Positions 39,111-52,500 are shown, counted from the first letter of the whole stretch. The stretch is 63,186 nt of DNA, filler included, from Asterionella formosa (GCA_002256025.1; 4 parts of 4 records of this genome joined end to end with filler, not necessarily neighbours in it); one strand, 5' to 3'. A program made the numbers and translations. Notes: generated by a model from the sequence alone, not told the origin.

Positions 39111-40729
39111 TGAACGCATTCGAAACTTGTATGCATAGACAATAAATGGTGGCATACCATGGCTGCTCTTGGCTGACAGTTGCCAAGTCAAGTACAAACA
39201 CAACGAGGGTGCACAAAATACAGTCCAATTTTAATCGACTGGCTGATACTTAGTTGTGAGACTCACCATTCTGCAATGGGGTAGACTTTGATCATTGCTT
39301 CGTTCAAAGCACAATCAATTCGAATGCTGTCCAGTGAAACAGCCAATGAAAACAATTGTGGCAAAAAAGCGCAGAACAGATCAAGAGATTTCATAGGAAT
39401 TAAAAAACAGGGCATATATAATGCACTGCTCCTTCTTGTGTAGACTATATTTGATCATTTCCATATTTCATACTATACAGGTGCATGGATGACTCCTCCT
39501 GCCCTTTCATTAGATATGCAGCCATGTTGCGAGATATCTACAGGACCTATAGGATTGGTAGTCTGGTGGTCATCATTTCCGCATTGTATATACCAGTAGG
39601 AGTCACCATGTATGCATGCATGCTGCGATAATTCTTACAAGACATAAAAATTTGGTAGCTTGGGGGTTATCACTTCCGTACTGTATATAGGGGGGGAAGG
39701 GGTTGCATGCATGAGCAAATACTCCGGTATAACAAACTATGATCTTTAATCAATCAATTTTGATTCATTTATCCTATACCTTTGATCATAACATATTGAT
39801 CATATGATGAACGGTGTTGTTGATGAGAAAATGAGAGATCAAAATTTATTTTCAAGAATCAGGATTAATTGATCTTAAAAATATGATCAAATGATCCTAT
39901 ACACATGAGCATATTCAGTTTTCCGCTGCACTATTGTGGCATTTCCATGATAGAAATAATTCCCAGCAAGTACACAGTTCTAGGCCATATGAATTATGGT
40001 CAATATGTCTATATACATAAATGTATGATTTCGACCATTTGAAAAATTGGTGATGACTCCCGTTTATTAAGAGGCTTAATTAAATCAGACTTGTAGGTAC
40101 AAGAATTGACACAAAACAAATTGATAAAATTCAACAGGTCGTGGAAAACTATGAACTCATCATGCATTGTATATATTTGAATTATGTATAATCAAAATTG
40201 ATATTAGTTTACACAGGATGTGCCATATAGTGAGTGTGTTTAAAGCTATGCAAATGTTCAACTATGTATACATTTAAACTTCTTACAAATCTTTATATAT
40301 ATGTATTCATGGCTGAAACATTTGAAATCATGTTTACATGTTCCTTGTCATGCATACACTTGTCTTTGCTGCTGAAATGCAGGATTATCACACATGATGA
40401 CGCGGAACACGAAAGTGATAATACAGCACAATGATACTTGCGGCTTAGAAGAGAAGGGCGGAATCAATTGATGGTAAGAAGTCAAGAGCAAATGACTTTC
40501 ATGTTCCTTGTCATGCATCCACTTCCTGAAATGAAGGATCTCAAGCAACACATGATGCGAAAAACTGAAGTGACAATACAGCACGATACGAATGAGTGAA
40601 TATGATGGAGAAGGGAGGAATCAGCAAGCTGTGCATAGCATCATGGCATTTCAAGAGCGATTGCCAAGATGATCAATTGCTGGGATTACAAATACGGAAT
40701 GACTTGTCCCCTTTTGGTGATTCAATAGC

Positions 40730-41260
40730 TCCTTTTCCATTTGGTGGCTGGCCAACCATCAATGTGGACAAAAGAAATCGGTAAGTGCTGCCTATCAGCC
40801 ATCTTTGGATAAATCCACAACTGTTAGAAAAACTGACACATATGTGTTGCTTCTTTCAGGATAATGGTAGACAAACAGTATTTGTAAGTTCAAAAGAGCA
40901 GTGTTGGAGCCCATTTATTGATCGATACTTTGCTTCTCATTCAATCTTCGACTGACACATTCTTCTACAGAAATATGCATCAGTTACTTCCTCAATTTGT
41001 GCTAAGTGAAGCAAGATAGAAGCGAAATGAATGTTGTTGTGTAAGCAAAACATGAACAGCTAGCTAACAATGAATTGCTTCTCTTTGTTAGTATGGCTGA
41101 TTGGAACAACGAAACGGATTCAATAGTAATAGGAAAATGCGTGAATGCAAACTCAGAACAACCCTCAGGAGTAAATGGAACAAAAGCAGGGGAACAACTG
41201 CAAGGCAACCAGTTCTACTACAACAACCTTCAGAATTGGATTGGGGGAAGGTGGAAGTAA
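40730..41260 (+). pseudogene. Spliced multi-exon gene relic carried inside the TIR element
   Basis: Three introns with GTAAG donor, CTRAC branch point and YAG acceptor: 40781-40859, 40884-40970 and 41041-41091, separating 24-nt and 70-nt exons. Confidence 0.55.
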
Positions 41261-42199
41261 AAGCTGAAGCACCAATCATTGCGATGAGAGCATTGTAGAA
41301 CATTCTGTAGCCACTTATGATATAGAATCATAGAACCATTCTTAGCTAAATATAGTTCTAAATTTCGATCAATTTCATCGTATTTTAGACAGTGATATCG
41401 ATGAGAATTACGATCATGCTAAGATAGATGTATGACAAAAGTATACACATCATATGACCATGTTTAACTAATTATATGATGCAATGGTATTATAACTATG
41501 ATAGTCTCATCATAATTCAAGCTCGGTAAAAGTTTACTGCATGATCATAATTATATGATACATTGATCATATTTTTGATCGAAAAACTATCATATATGTA
41601 AAAATCCTGTGCCACTTAGCGTATGATACCCTTGATCATATTTTCATGATATTTTTTATTTACAGATGTAGTGCGTGAATGCAAACTCAGAACCCTCAGG
41701 AGTAAATGGAACAAAAGCAGGGGAACAACTGCAAGGCAACCAGTTCTACTACAACAACCTTCAGAATTGGATTGGGGGAAGGTGGAAGTAAAAGCTGAAG
41801 CACCAATCATTGCGATGAGAGCATTGTAGAACATTCTGTAGCCACTTATGATATAGAATCATAGAACCATTCTTAGCTAAATATAGTTCTAAATTTCGAT
41901 CAATTTCATCGTATTTTAGACAGTGATATCGATGAGAATTACGATCATGCTAAGATAGATGTATGACAAAAGTATACACATCATATGACCATGTTTAACT
42001 AATTATATGATGCAATGGTATTATAACTATGATAGTATCATCATAATTCAAGCTCGGTAAAAGTTTACTGCATGATCATAATTATATGATACATTGATCA
42101 TATTTTTGATCGAAAAACTATCATATATGTAAAAATCCTGTGCCACTTAGCGTACAATACCCTTGATCATATATTCATGATAGTTTATATTTACAGACG
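41137..42199. repeat. Near-identical about 530-bp tandem duplication of the element's right end, including the TIR
   Basis: 41137-41668 (ends TTACAGATG) is repeated at 41671-42199 (ends TTACAGACG). Confidence 0.9.
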
Positions 42200-42690
42200 A
42201 TATGTGTCAGTGAAACCAAAAGCACCCAGGTTTGGCGGGCCGTAGAACAGAAGTTGTTTAGCCATTTTGTTAAAGCCCATGTGCGTTAACAGAGTGGGCA
42301 TATAGAGGGTATTTCATTGCTGGTCGGAGCATTGTTTGGTAGGCAACGAGAACCTTGTGGCGCTGTAGTTTAGATGCAGAAATATTACGACTCATGGTCC
42401 TCCCACACTGGGCTAATTTCTTGTATTCATCTTGGTTAGTGCCCTCCGGAGATAGCATTGCGCCGAGGTTACGGGGACCATCCTTTGCGTCTTTTTGGGA
42501 AATTTTTGTTTGAGTAGTATAATCATTCCCAGACATTAGGTTAACTTCGACATTTGTTTCATCTTTGCTCATTAATGAATATTCATCATTATAAATCTTC
42601 CAATCCAGAGCCACAAAAAAGCACTTTTCTAATGCCAAAGCTCCCCCTGTGGTGTATAGCAACTGTTCCCAGAACTGTGCTATATCCTCT
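42200..42690 (-). mobile_element. Non-LTR retrotransposon RT C-terminal fragment (5'-truncated upstream part of the 34790-37390 element)
   Basis: LYTTGGALALEKCFFVALDW, RNLGAMLSPEG, YQTMLRPAMKYPL and LFYGPPNLGAFGFTD. Confidence 0.85.
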
Positions 42691-42798
42691 AATCAAGACA
42701 AGTTACTACAGTCCCAGAGATCATCAAGAACTAACAAAAACTCTATGACGTGGTGGTAATGTAAATGATGTGCTATGTACGGTATATCTACCAGAATA

Positions 42799-44852
42799 TC
42801 AGAACAAACCAATCACTTCTCCAGTCTCCACATCAATATCGACGTCATAAAATCCTGGCCGAGTGGGAAGGCCAGGAATGGTCATAATTTCTCCACAAAT
42901 GGGGTACAAAAAGCCAGCTCCAGCACAGGCACGAATTTCACGGACAGTAATACGAAAGCCAGTGGGGACACCCTTGGCACTGGCATCACAACTAAAGGAA
43001 TACTGTGTCTTGGCCATACAGATAGGGAGTTTGTCAAAGCCAGCTTCTTCGTATTGTGCAATTTGTTCTTGTGCTAAATCAGAGTAGTCCACTCCATCAG
43101 CACCATATATTTCTCGACTGATGCAGTCAATTTTCTCGCGAATGGTGCATTCCACATCATATAACAAGCGAAAGTTGGCTTCATCATTGGCAAGGCAAGC
43201 CTGCTCGACTGCAATGGCCAAGTCTGCCGCACCAGCTCCTCCTTCTGCCCAGTGATTGGCCATGACAGCATCAAAGGCACCTGCGGCCAATGCAACCTGA
43301 CGGACTGCGTCGATCTCGGCATTTGTGTCCGTCTTGAATTTATTGACAGCAACTACAACGTTCACTCCAAACTTTTTGGCATTTTCAATGTGTTTGGCCA
43401 AATTCGCTGCTCCTTTAATGACAAGATCAACATTTTCTTCAGTATATTCCTTGGCAAGTGGTCGTCCTGCAATAACATTTGGACCACCTCCGTGCATCTT
43501 CAAGGCCCGGACAGTTGCAACAATGACAGCACACTTAGGTTTGAGTCCAGAGGCCCGACATTTGATGTTGAAAAACTTTTCCATCCCAATATCGGCTCCG
43601 AAGCCAGCTTCTGTAACAACAAATCCATCTTTGCCCACCAACTTGAGTGCTATTTCATCCGCCACAATGGATGAATTTCCAGTAGCAATATTGGCAAAAG
43701 GTCCAGCATGGACCAAGACGGGTGTCCGTTCCACAGTTTGCATCAATGTAGGCATCAATGCATCCTTCATCAATACCGTCATGGCTCCTCCACATCCCAA
43801 ATCATCTGCAGTAATGGGAACACGTGCTCTTGAATATCCCACCACCATGTCACCTAGTTTGTTGCGAAGGTCCGGTAAATCCCGTGCCAATGCCAAAACG
43901 GCCATAACTTCTGATGCCACTGTAATGTCAAATCCAGTGGTGCGGCAGTGTTGTTGGACGAGTCCATCAGCTCCACGGACCTTCTCCTGAGAGCCCGTCC
44001 CGACGGTAACCTGTCGCAAGTGTCTATCACATGTGTCCAATACTCGTTGCCATGTAATAGTGTGTGGATCAATATCCAAACGAGCAAACGCACATCGTTC
44101 TTCCACTGTCAGGTCATCTGGGTGACTATTGGGGTCAATTCCCAATTTGATCAATCGTCGTTTCATGACAGGTGAGAATCCCTTTCCATTTGGTGGACAC
44201 AGTCGTTTGTACAATGCCTCATCGCTTTGCCCATCTTCATGAAAGAGTCTTGTTTCAATAGCAGCAGCCAGCAAGTTATTTGCCGCCGTCACAGCATGAA
44301 TGTCTCCAGTGAGATGCAAATTGAATTCTTCCATGGGTACCACTTGCGCATACCCCCCACCTGCTGCTCCACCTTTAATCCCAAAGGTAGGTCCCTGAGA
44401 TGGTTGACGAATACATGCAAAGGTTGGTTTTCCCAGTTGCGATCCCAGCGCTTGTGCCAATCCTACGGTCGTTGTCGACTTGCCTTCTCCGAGTGGAGTC
44501 GGATTAATACCCGTGACAACAACGTAGTTGCCATTGGGCAAATGGTGTCGTCGATTCCTAACAGTCAAGGGTATTTTCGCTTTGGAAATGCCCCATGGAA
44601 TAATTTCGTCTGGAGCCAGTCCGATTCTGTTTGTTTGGGTATTTGTAGGAGGTGAGTAGCTGTATAAATATATAGAGACAGTAGTTCATAATTCAAGAGA
44701 GAGAGAGCAACGTACTGTTCTGCCAACTCTTCCATGGAAAGCAGACCTATATCCTTAACAATGTCCATACTAACTTGAATATCAGATGGAACAGGAGTCT
44801 TTGGTTGAAGGGCTGGATGGCCCAGGGCATTCAATGACGATGAAGTGGTCAT
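42799..44852 (-). CDS. fhs: Formate--tetrahydrofolate ligase (monofunctional FTHFS); exons 44852-44716, 44626-42799
   Basis: Intron 44715-44627 (GTACGT...CAG) joins [14 protein letters not shown]. Motifs [53 protein letters not shown] and [10 protein letters not shown]. Confidence 0.95.
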
Positions 44853-46080
44853 ACTGTCAAGAAGGAATGATGCCGCACTGGAAGAGAGTCGCTTTGTGTA
44901 ATATGATGCTGATGCTGATCTGCGTAGTGATGGAAATAAAAGTGCAGATCGAAAAATGGTTCTGTAATGGTTCAACAAACTATTCTGTAACTAACGTATT
45001 TTCTTTCTCGAAACAATGATGCAAGGAGCCTTTTGAATCAATCTGTAGACTATATTGTATATAGCTCACTGCTGGTAGCGTATGGTATGGTATAGTATGG
45101 TCAAGTCCAGTCTCCTTGCAATGAACTGAACTAAAATGCAAGGTTTTGGATGAATGTAATTAATCACGCTCGCTCCGAGAAAAATATTCGAATCTTCGCA
45201 CCATCCAAAAACAATGACACCTTGGTGATGATTGTCGGTCAGAGGTTGAATGACGTCAAATTTAGATACGTATGAATCGGTACCGTTGTGTATCCTATGC
45301 TGACGTAAGCACACAACAAGATCCTCCTTGTTATCGTGAATGCAGCACGTGCTATACGTACACGCACAAGCAAAAGTGCAAGGGGATCCGGGTTTTTTCA
45401 CTTCATCTGGTAAAGTATGATCCAGATACCAACTTGCAACAGGTACGCTAGCAATTTGTGATTTAATACACGTACATTCTGGTATTAATGCATTCTTGCT
45501 CCGTCAGCCATTCATTCATCCATCCATCCATCATGCCAGGTTAGTACCCTGGTACGAGTACCGGTACTCTAGTAGCAGCAGTACCAGGTACACCATTCCT
45601 AGTCATCAATTACCCTGCACCAGGTAGACTACAATATAGCTAAGTACTGGTATAAAAGAAATATGATACCGTACCAGTATACTAACGGTAACCAACACGG
45701 TAAGAGAAATAATAAAAATGAATGCATAAATCCATGCATGTACTAATAGACTACCGGTATGTATGTTCACACACACGTACCGGTATTGACACATGTACTA
45801 GTACTATAGTGACCATCACTCTCGTCAGGAACACCATGGCTTTTGCTGTTGCTCCCCTTTTATATACCGGTATAAATATACATGGTTATTACTGCGGCGA
45901 GTTGACACTATTTGTTCATTTTCTTTCCGTTTGGTTGGTGCTGTGGTTTGTTTGTTTGCTTTCGTGGTCATTCTATTCATACCGTTGCTTGTTTCACTGC
46001 TTCTTCCATACTACTACTACTTCTACTACTATTAATAATAAAAGCACTACTACTAGTAGTAGTATCATTATTTATTCATC

Positions 46081-46791
46081 ATGGGAAAACGAAAAAGTAA
46101 AGTTAATAAACAAAAGCAAATTAAAGCGATTCAATTTGGAGTTGGTGCTGTGAAAAAGGGAAAACATGGTGTCATGAGGGTCCTTCCAACAACAACAACA
46201 AATGCAGCAATGAACACCACCACCAACAACAATAATAATAATAATAATAACAAGCCAACAATACAACAAACTACCAACAAATGGACGATACAAACAAACA
46301 AAACTAAATCAAAAGACTTGTTTGATCAAGAAATGAAATCACTTGTTGAACGAACATGGAGGAAACGTACTCAAGATAATAGTATGAAAACGAATAAAAA
46401 GAAGAAGAATATGCAACAGCAGCAAATGATAACATTGGCACCACCCACGTTACAATGGCATCCAAAGACATCTAATCAATTACTTGAAGAAACGACTAGA
46501 CATGTACAAATCATGTCGGGTATTGGACAACAACTACAACAGGAAGAAGCAACATCATCACATACTGCAATGGCGATACTAAATCATCAATCATGGACGA
46601 TACCAAAGAGTACTGCTACATCGTCATTGGGAAAGAATCCATATGCGGTCTTGGAGGAGGAGAACGATAGCGATAATGGTCATTGTAAACCAGGCATCAA
46701 GAGGTTCCAATTGGCACCTCCATCCTTTCAAATGCCATACTCGATCCATCATCATGATAATGCGAGTGGCGACATTGATCCAGACTTGTAA
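46081..46791 (+). CDS. Hypothetical basic, low-complexity protein (236 aa)
   Basis: Intact ATG-to-stop ORF divergent from FTHFS, with poly-Asn/Thr/Gln tracts; no recognisable domain. Confidence 0.55.
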   Translation: MGKRKSKVNKQKQIKAIQFGVGAVKKGKHGVMRVLPTTTTNAAMNTTTNNNNNNNNNKPTIQQTTNKWTIQTNKTKSKDLFDQEMKSLVERTWRKRTQDNSMKTNKKKKNMQQQQMITLAPPTLQWHPKTSNQLLEETTRHVQIMSGIGQQLQQEEATSSHTAMAILNHQSWTIPKSTATSSLGKNPYAVLEEENDSDNGHCKPGIKRFQLAPPSFQMPYSIHHHDNASGDIDPDL

Positions 46792-48019
46792 AACTAATAT
46801 AAATGTTCATGTTCGGTGTGGGCGAGCACTTTTCTTCGTTGACTACCGGTAGATTGTATGAAACTAACAAATGAAATCTCCTTCGGTAGGAAACTACACG
46901 ATTCATTTCTAACAGTTATTACGTTCAATTACTTTCTTTTTGTTATTTCACCTGACAGCTACATTCGATTTTATCATTCAAATTGGTGGACTGAATGATG
47001 GATGATGTCGTTATATGTCGTTGCTCCGGATTATGCCATTGTGTAATGACTCTTCCAGGTCAGACAAGCTCATTTCGTTGAAGTCATCCAATGCACGTGA
47101 GCAGCAGCAAGATCCAACAGGCGGAGATACTTGGGGGTAGTAGTCATATCCCCGAACTGCATATGATACATTGGACAATTGATCGGCGGGTGAGGACTGC
47201 TCTTGATAGACCTCCATATTATTGATCTCACGTGGTGAAGTAGGAGTGAGTGGTACCATAGGTTGTGATACTTGTCGTACCGACTGGTGTAATTTATAGA
47301 TACTTTTGTTACGGTCGGTGCGGGCATCTCGGAAGGAATGTGCCACCTTGCATTCCGCACCCTTGTAACCAATGTCGTACCAATGGNNNNNNNNNNNNNN
47401 NNNNNNNNNNNNNNNNNNNNNNNNNNNNNNTTAATTAATTAANNNNNNNNNNNNNNNNNNNNNNNNNNNNNNNNNNNNNNNNNNNNTTCAGTCAGGTTCT
47501 TCCATTGACAACGGAATATATGATTGTTTGTATTGATGCATTTATCCATTATAGAGGTTCAAAGCGGTATATTGAAATGTCTTGATAGTGTAGAATTAAT
47601 TTGTGTTCTATGGGGAAGACGGATTATAATGTTTCATAATGCATATTCGGGATCAATTTCCTGTACTACATACACTTGGTATGATTTCTACTATGGGGCT
47701 AAACAAATCAATGTGCGATCTAAATAAATATATGATAATAAGGTTTACCAAATTCATGTATGTGTACATATGCCTGTTTACTCCGAGGTCGTGGCAAACC
47801 GCTAATTTGTCCTAAAAAGGTCGATTGACACTTTCACGTATAAATATTGATTACACAAATGAATGTTCAGTGTAGCTAGTTCATACTCAGAGAAGCGCTA
47901 CATGCTCAGCTACAGATGGATCGTTACAGATTTGTAAACTATCAGAAATTCGTGACAAAACGTGTTATTCTACGTATAGTGGTTCAAAGCAGTAAAATAA
48001 TTTCGATAGAGGTGCAAAG

Positions 48020-49545
48020 CAGTTTTTAGGTGGTACCAGTTAAAAACTGTAAGCCACCGCTAAATGGAGTAAATGCAAGGTTTGAGCTTAGTTTTCAAGA
48101 AACGTTAACTATTGTGACGAAGGAGTTGTTCAGATTTGCATAGCGAGTAAAAACATACGACTTCGTATTGTTGCTTTGTGTAAGTTGTTAAATACTTATT
48201 ACGGCCCAAAGGTTGCTGTCGACGCGAAATTACGAAAGATGAATATTTTCACGTTTAATCTGCTCATGAGCTGGCATCGCCTTTTATATATGTATACCGG
48301 TATATGCACAAGAATAATAATGTTCTTCGGATAGAATTAATTTAGTATAATTAATTGGGGGTAGTACGAGATCATCATGCTTTCGAATACGCTATGCGTC
48401 AGAAGCATTTGGTGATGATGCAAGTGCAAAAAGCACATTGTATCGCGCCTAACAGGTAAACTGATACGAAAAGAATTTCTGTAGTATAAACGGAGTAAAA
48501 GTAATCACGGTTTGGGGGGGGGGGAATATACTCATGTATGGATAGAAAATATGCACTGTAGGCCACCGCTATGCAACAATCTTAGTGACTTTGAAAAAAT
48601 TAGATCTTCATGGCTTTATAAACTGAATCGTAACTGATTACTTATTCGTTGAGTAGAGTGCATCGTTTAATATACTCTTCTTACTTACATCAGATTTCGA
48701 TTGATAAATTACTTAAATATTTTTTAGTCGGAACATGGAGTAAAATAACGGTGGCTTACAGTTTTTAACTGATACCACTTTAAGACTGTAAGCCACCGCT
48801 ACAACGACTTTTGAACTGTAAGCCACCGCTAAACGGAGTAAACGCACGATTTGAACTTAGTTTTTAAGAAACGTTAATTATCGTCATGAAGGAGTTGTTC
48901 AGATTTATATAGCGATAAAATACGTAGTAAGTACTTGTATTGTTGGATTGTGTAAGTTGTTAACTATTTATTACGGCCCAAAGGTTGCTGTTGACGCGAA
49001 ATAGCGAAAAATTGAAAATTTCACGCTGACTCTATTGAGTTGACATCGTCTTTTCTACACGTGCACATGTACATGGACAAAAATATTCTTCCCATAGAAT
49101 TAATTTAGTATTATTAAATGTGTGTACAATGTCATTGTGCTTTCGAATATATTGTGCATCAGAAGAATTCGGTGATGATGCAAGCGCAAAAAGCATACTG
49201 CATTGCGCCAAAAAGGTAAAGTAATACGAAAATAATTTCTTTAGTATGAACGGAGTAAAGATAATCACGGTTTGGGGGGGGGGGAACTCATGAGTGGATA
49301 GAAAAATATGCACTGCAAGTCACCGCTATGCAACAACTTTAATGACTTTGAAAAAATTAGATCTTCATGGCTTTATAAACTGAATCGAAACTGATTACTT
49401 ATTCGTAGAATTGAGTTCATCGTGTAACATACACTTAGTACTTGCATCAGGTCTCGATTGTAATCTTACTTGAATATTTTTTGGTCGGAAGATGGAGTAA
49501 AATAACGGTGGCTTACCGTTTTTAACTGGTACCACCTAAAAACTG
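48020..49545. mobile_element. Non-coding TIR element (MITE-like), internal head-to-tail dimer
   Basis: 40-bp TIR CAGTTTTTAGGTGGTACCAGTTAAAAAC(T/G)GTAAGCCACCG with 1 mismatch and AG on both flanks. Two diverged units of about 0.76 kb, with an internal right TIR at 48749-48788. Confidence 0.85.
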
Positions 49546-52500
49546 AGAGTCATCCTTATTTTACCCTAAGTTACTATTCAAATTATTTTAGTCCGATTAC
49601 ATGGTAATATTGAAGCAAGTACGAAGGTTATTGTGGCTCGTCCTCCTGTTGGGTACTACTAGATCTAAATATAACTATGGTGAACTCAATATTTCTTGAG
49701 ATAAAAAATTTTGTAATGTCATCGTTTTGCCTCATAAGGATGAGTCTCAGTATATTGGTTTTTAATAAATACATGAGGAAATTTAAATCTTCCATTTTTC
49801 CCCAATTACCCATTTTTGCCAGAAAAACTTTTTGATGCCACAACATTATTAGTCCGTTTCAGATTACTATCCTTTATTTATTGTCTCTTTCGACGTTTTC
49901 TTTCCATAATAATAGTCGGTTTCGAAGATACTCCACTATTAACATTTGGTTTCGGGTCAAATGCAACTTAAGTTAATTACTTTAGTGACGGTTTCGGTAA
50001 TATTTAATTACGTCTATCGCGTGACAGCCTAACACTTGTTGCTTGACAATCCTCATACATAAAATATGTAGACCATGCAATAACTGCTGGCGATGAAGCT
50101 GTGTACCAGGGTACCTTGTACTGGTACTAGTACCGGGTAATCGTCATGACAATGTTGCTGATCGACAAAGCCATGACAATGATGAATGACAATTTTGTTT
50201 AATTATTGAATTATGAATCAATGATAGTTTTTGAATGTTATCTCGAGTAGATTATGTTATATCGTAGAACAGCGCATCTGTTCGAAAGTGTCGCGTCTTG
50301 ATGCGACAAAGAGGGATCGAGAAATCATCGACAGTGTCGAGCGCCATTGTGAGTTTTCCGATTTTCCATATTCGACTTTATCTAAACGAATATACAAGCT
50401 ACAATGAAATTCGTTTCAAAATATACTAGCGAATAATCTATTCTACTCAGTGGACTAATAATAACATAGCTTCATGCTAGAAAATCAACAATTTTCACTT
50501 GTTTTAATGGTTGTAATCATAGTGCCGGCAAAATATCTAATTATACACCGGTGAGATTCTGCCGTCAGTGCGTAGATGCCGGTAAACTGATCACTGCCTT
50601 TGATCAATGTGTGGTGAACAGGACGGAGCAACAGCACTCCATGTGACATTGATAATCAATTGAAGTCAATAAATATAGAAACAAAAGACACTAAATAATT
50701 AACAAAGAATCAATAAAAAATTTATTTAGCTGAAATGTGATCTAATTGTCAAAAATGCCTTGCCAACTCAACAGGGTAATCTGATTTGATCCAAATTTTT
50801 GCGACAGCTACCTTTCGACCTATTTATCTCAAGAAAGGAAGCGAAAACTCAACTTACAAGTATGACCATTGCTCTTCCATACATTCCAATGAACAACTTT
50901 GTCTAAAACAGAATCAATGTATCTCCAATATTCGTCCCAAAACGTGTGATTACCCTGTTTAAGGATGACTCTCAGTAAAAAAAGAATAACGATGACTCTC
51001 AGTTTTACGTGGTACCAGGTACCAGGTAGTGTCAGAGCAGCCATCATGTTAAAATTTTGATTGAATGATTTCATCAGAAGTTCCAATGATAATAAAACAG
51101 CTAAAAAGTTATTCCAATGGTTCACGGCAGTATATACGTTTTTCTAGATAAATGTATATACATTTTCGAGGATGTATTCCTAGGTCAGCATGTGTCAAAG
51201 CACTTTTCATGCATGTTATTGCACACCTTATGAAAAACTGGTATTTAATCCCTACCTGGTGTTATACCAGTAACCATACTATATGATGCTGCATGCCTAA
51301 ATAATTTGCCATATCCGTAGAGGTTAATACCAGGACAAGATATATATTGTCACAAATGAGGGAGGGTAAGGTTCAAAAAAATTACGAAAATTTGACATTC
51401 ATCATCATATATCATCATATGACGTGGAGACTTCTAAGCTTAAACTAGTCCGTGTTCTCCATGGTGTTTTGGTAAATCGATCATTTCAGGCAATCTATTG
51501 AGATGAACAGCTTGCTCCAAATCTCGAACTACATAGCTGACTAGACTACATACTCTCAAAATTTACATTTACATAAGTTTGATATCAAAATATGATATTC
51601 TGGGTTCAATGAGTCAGAGCAGTACAAGAATATTGTCAATGGGTCATGGCAGTTTGTTACAGGTATCAGGATCTCAGAATAGCATGGGACATCCTGGTGT
51701 GCAAATAGCATAGCAAGTAGAGGACTGTTGACAAGATCTTAATGAAAAATAAACTGCTTTGTTGTGGAACTGGGTACTCCCTCTGTTCCGGTATAGTTGT
51801 ACTAACACCCTCAGCGACTAACCCGGCTCGATCCACATCGTTCAAAGAAGCCCTCGCTCTGTAGAAGCAACATACATTTTCTACGCGAGAGAGGATGCAG
51901 GCTACGGATATCGGATTGATTTGTAGATTTAGGCGAGTATAACGCTAATTAGTGAAAAATGTGTACCTTTTTATTAGGGCTATTGAATTTACTTGAAATT
52001 CGTTAGCCAGCATAGTTGTTTGGCTCTACATGGATTGGAATACAATGTATCTGGTCATAATGTTGTGCCAGGCAGTATCATTGGTTTTCTTCAAGTCAGC
52101 GTTGTTGTCAATGAAATGCCAGACAATGAAGAAGAAGCTATTTTGCGGTTGTTTTGATGGGGGATAGTGGACACGGCACAAGGGAGGATGGAAAGACTTG
52201 TTGTTGTGTTCGTCTGCAAATAAAAACCATCATATTCCTATGATGCATCATAGGATCATGATCATCTGATCATAATTTTTCGTTGTATCATCTAATAATT
52301 TTGATAAATGCCCTCGTAATTTAAATAGTAACCCTTTTGACTATGGAAATTTAATTATTATATGTATTGTTTCTTTTTGGTTCCTTTATTCAAATTTTTT
52401 GGTAGGATAAAGTACCAGTTAGAGTAATGTGGTTTGGCTCATCATCCTCGCCAGTCCTCACTCTGATTCTTGCAACAACGACAAAGTAGCCATGTCGAGA

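Larger units (their letters stand above)
37391..42199 (+). mobile_element. TIR DNA transposon, CGTCTG-end family, copy 2, nested in the LINE
   Basis: CGTCTGCAAATAAAAACCATCAT ... ATGATAGTTTATATTTACAGACG with an AT target duplication. Removing it restores the LINE frame FTDTY-TDQGIAQ. TGATCA-rich subtermini. Confidence 0.85.

Noticed and set aside
43074..44655. Several long antisense/alternate-frame ORFs over FTHFS (likewise over ASL, SNF2, IQ, ERGIC3)
   Set aside because: Shadow ORFs of real genes with no independent motifs.
47011..47386. Minus-strand ORF running from a gap
   Set aside because: Possibly the 3' end of a real gene, but truncated by the gap and unidentifiable.
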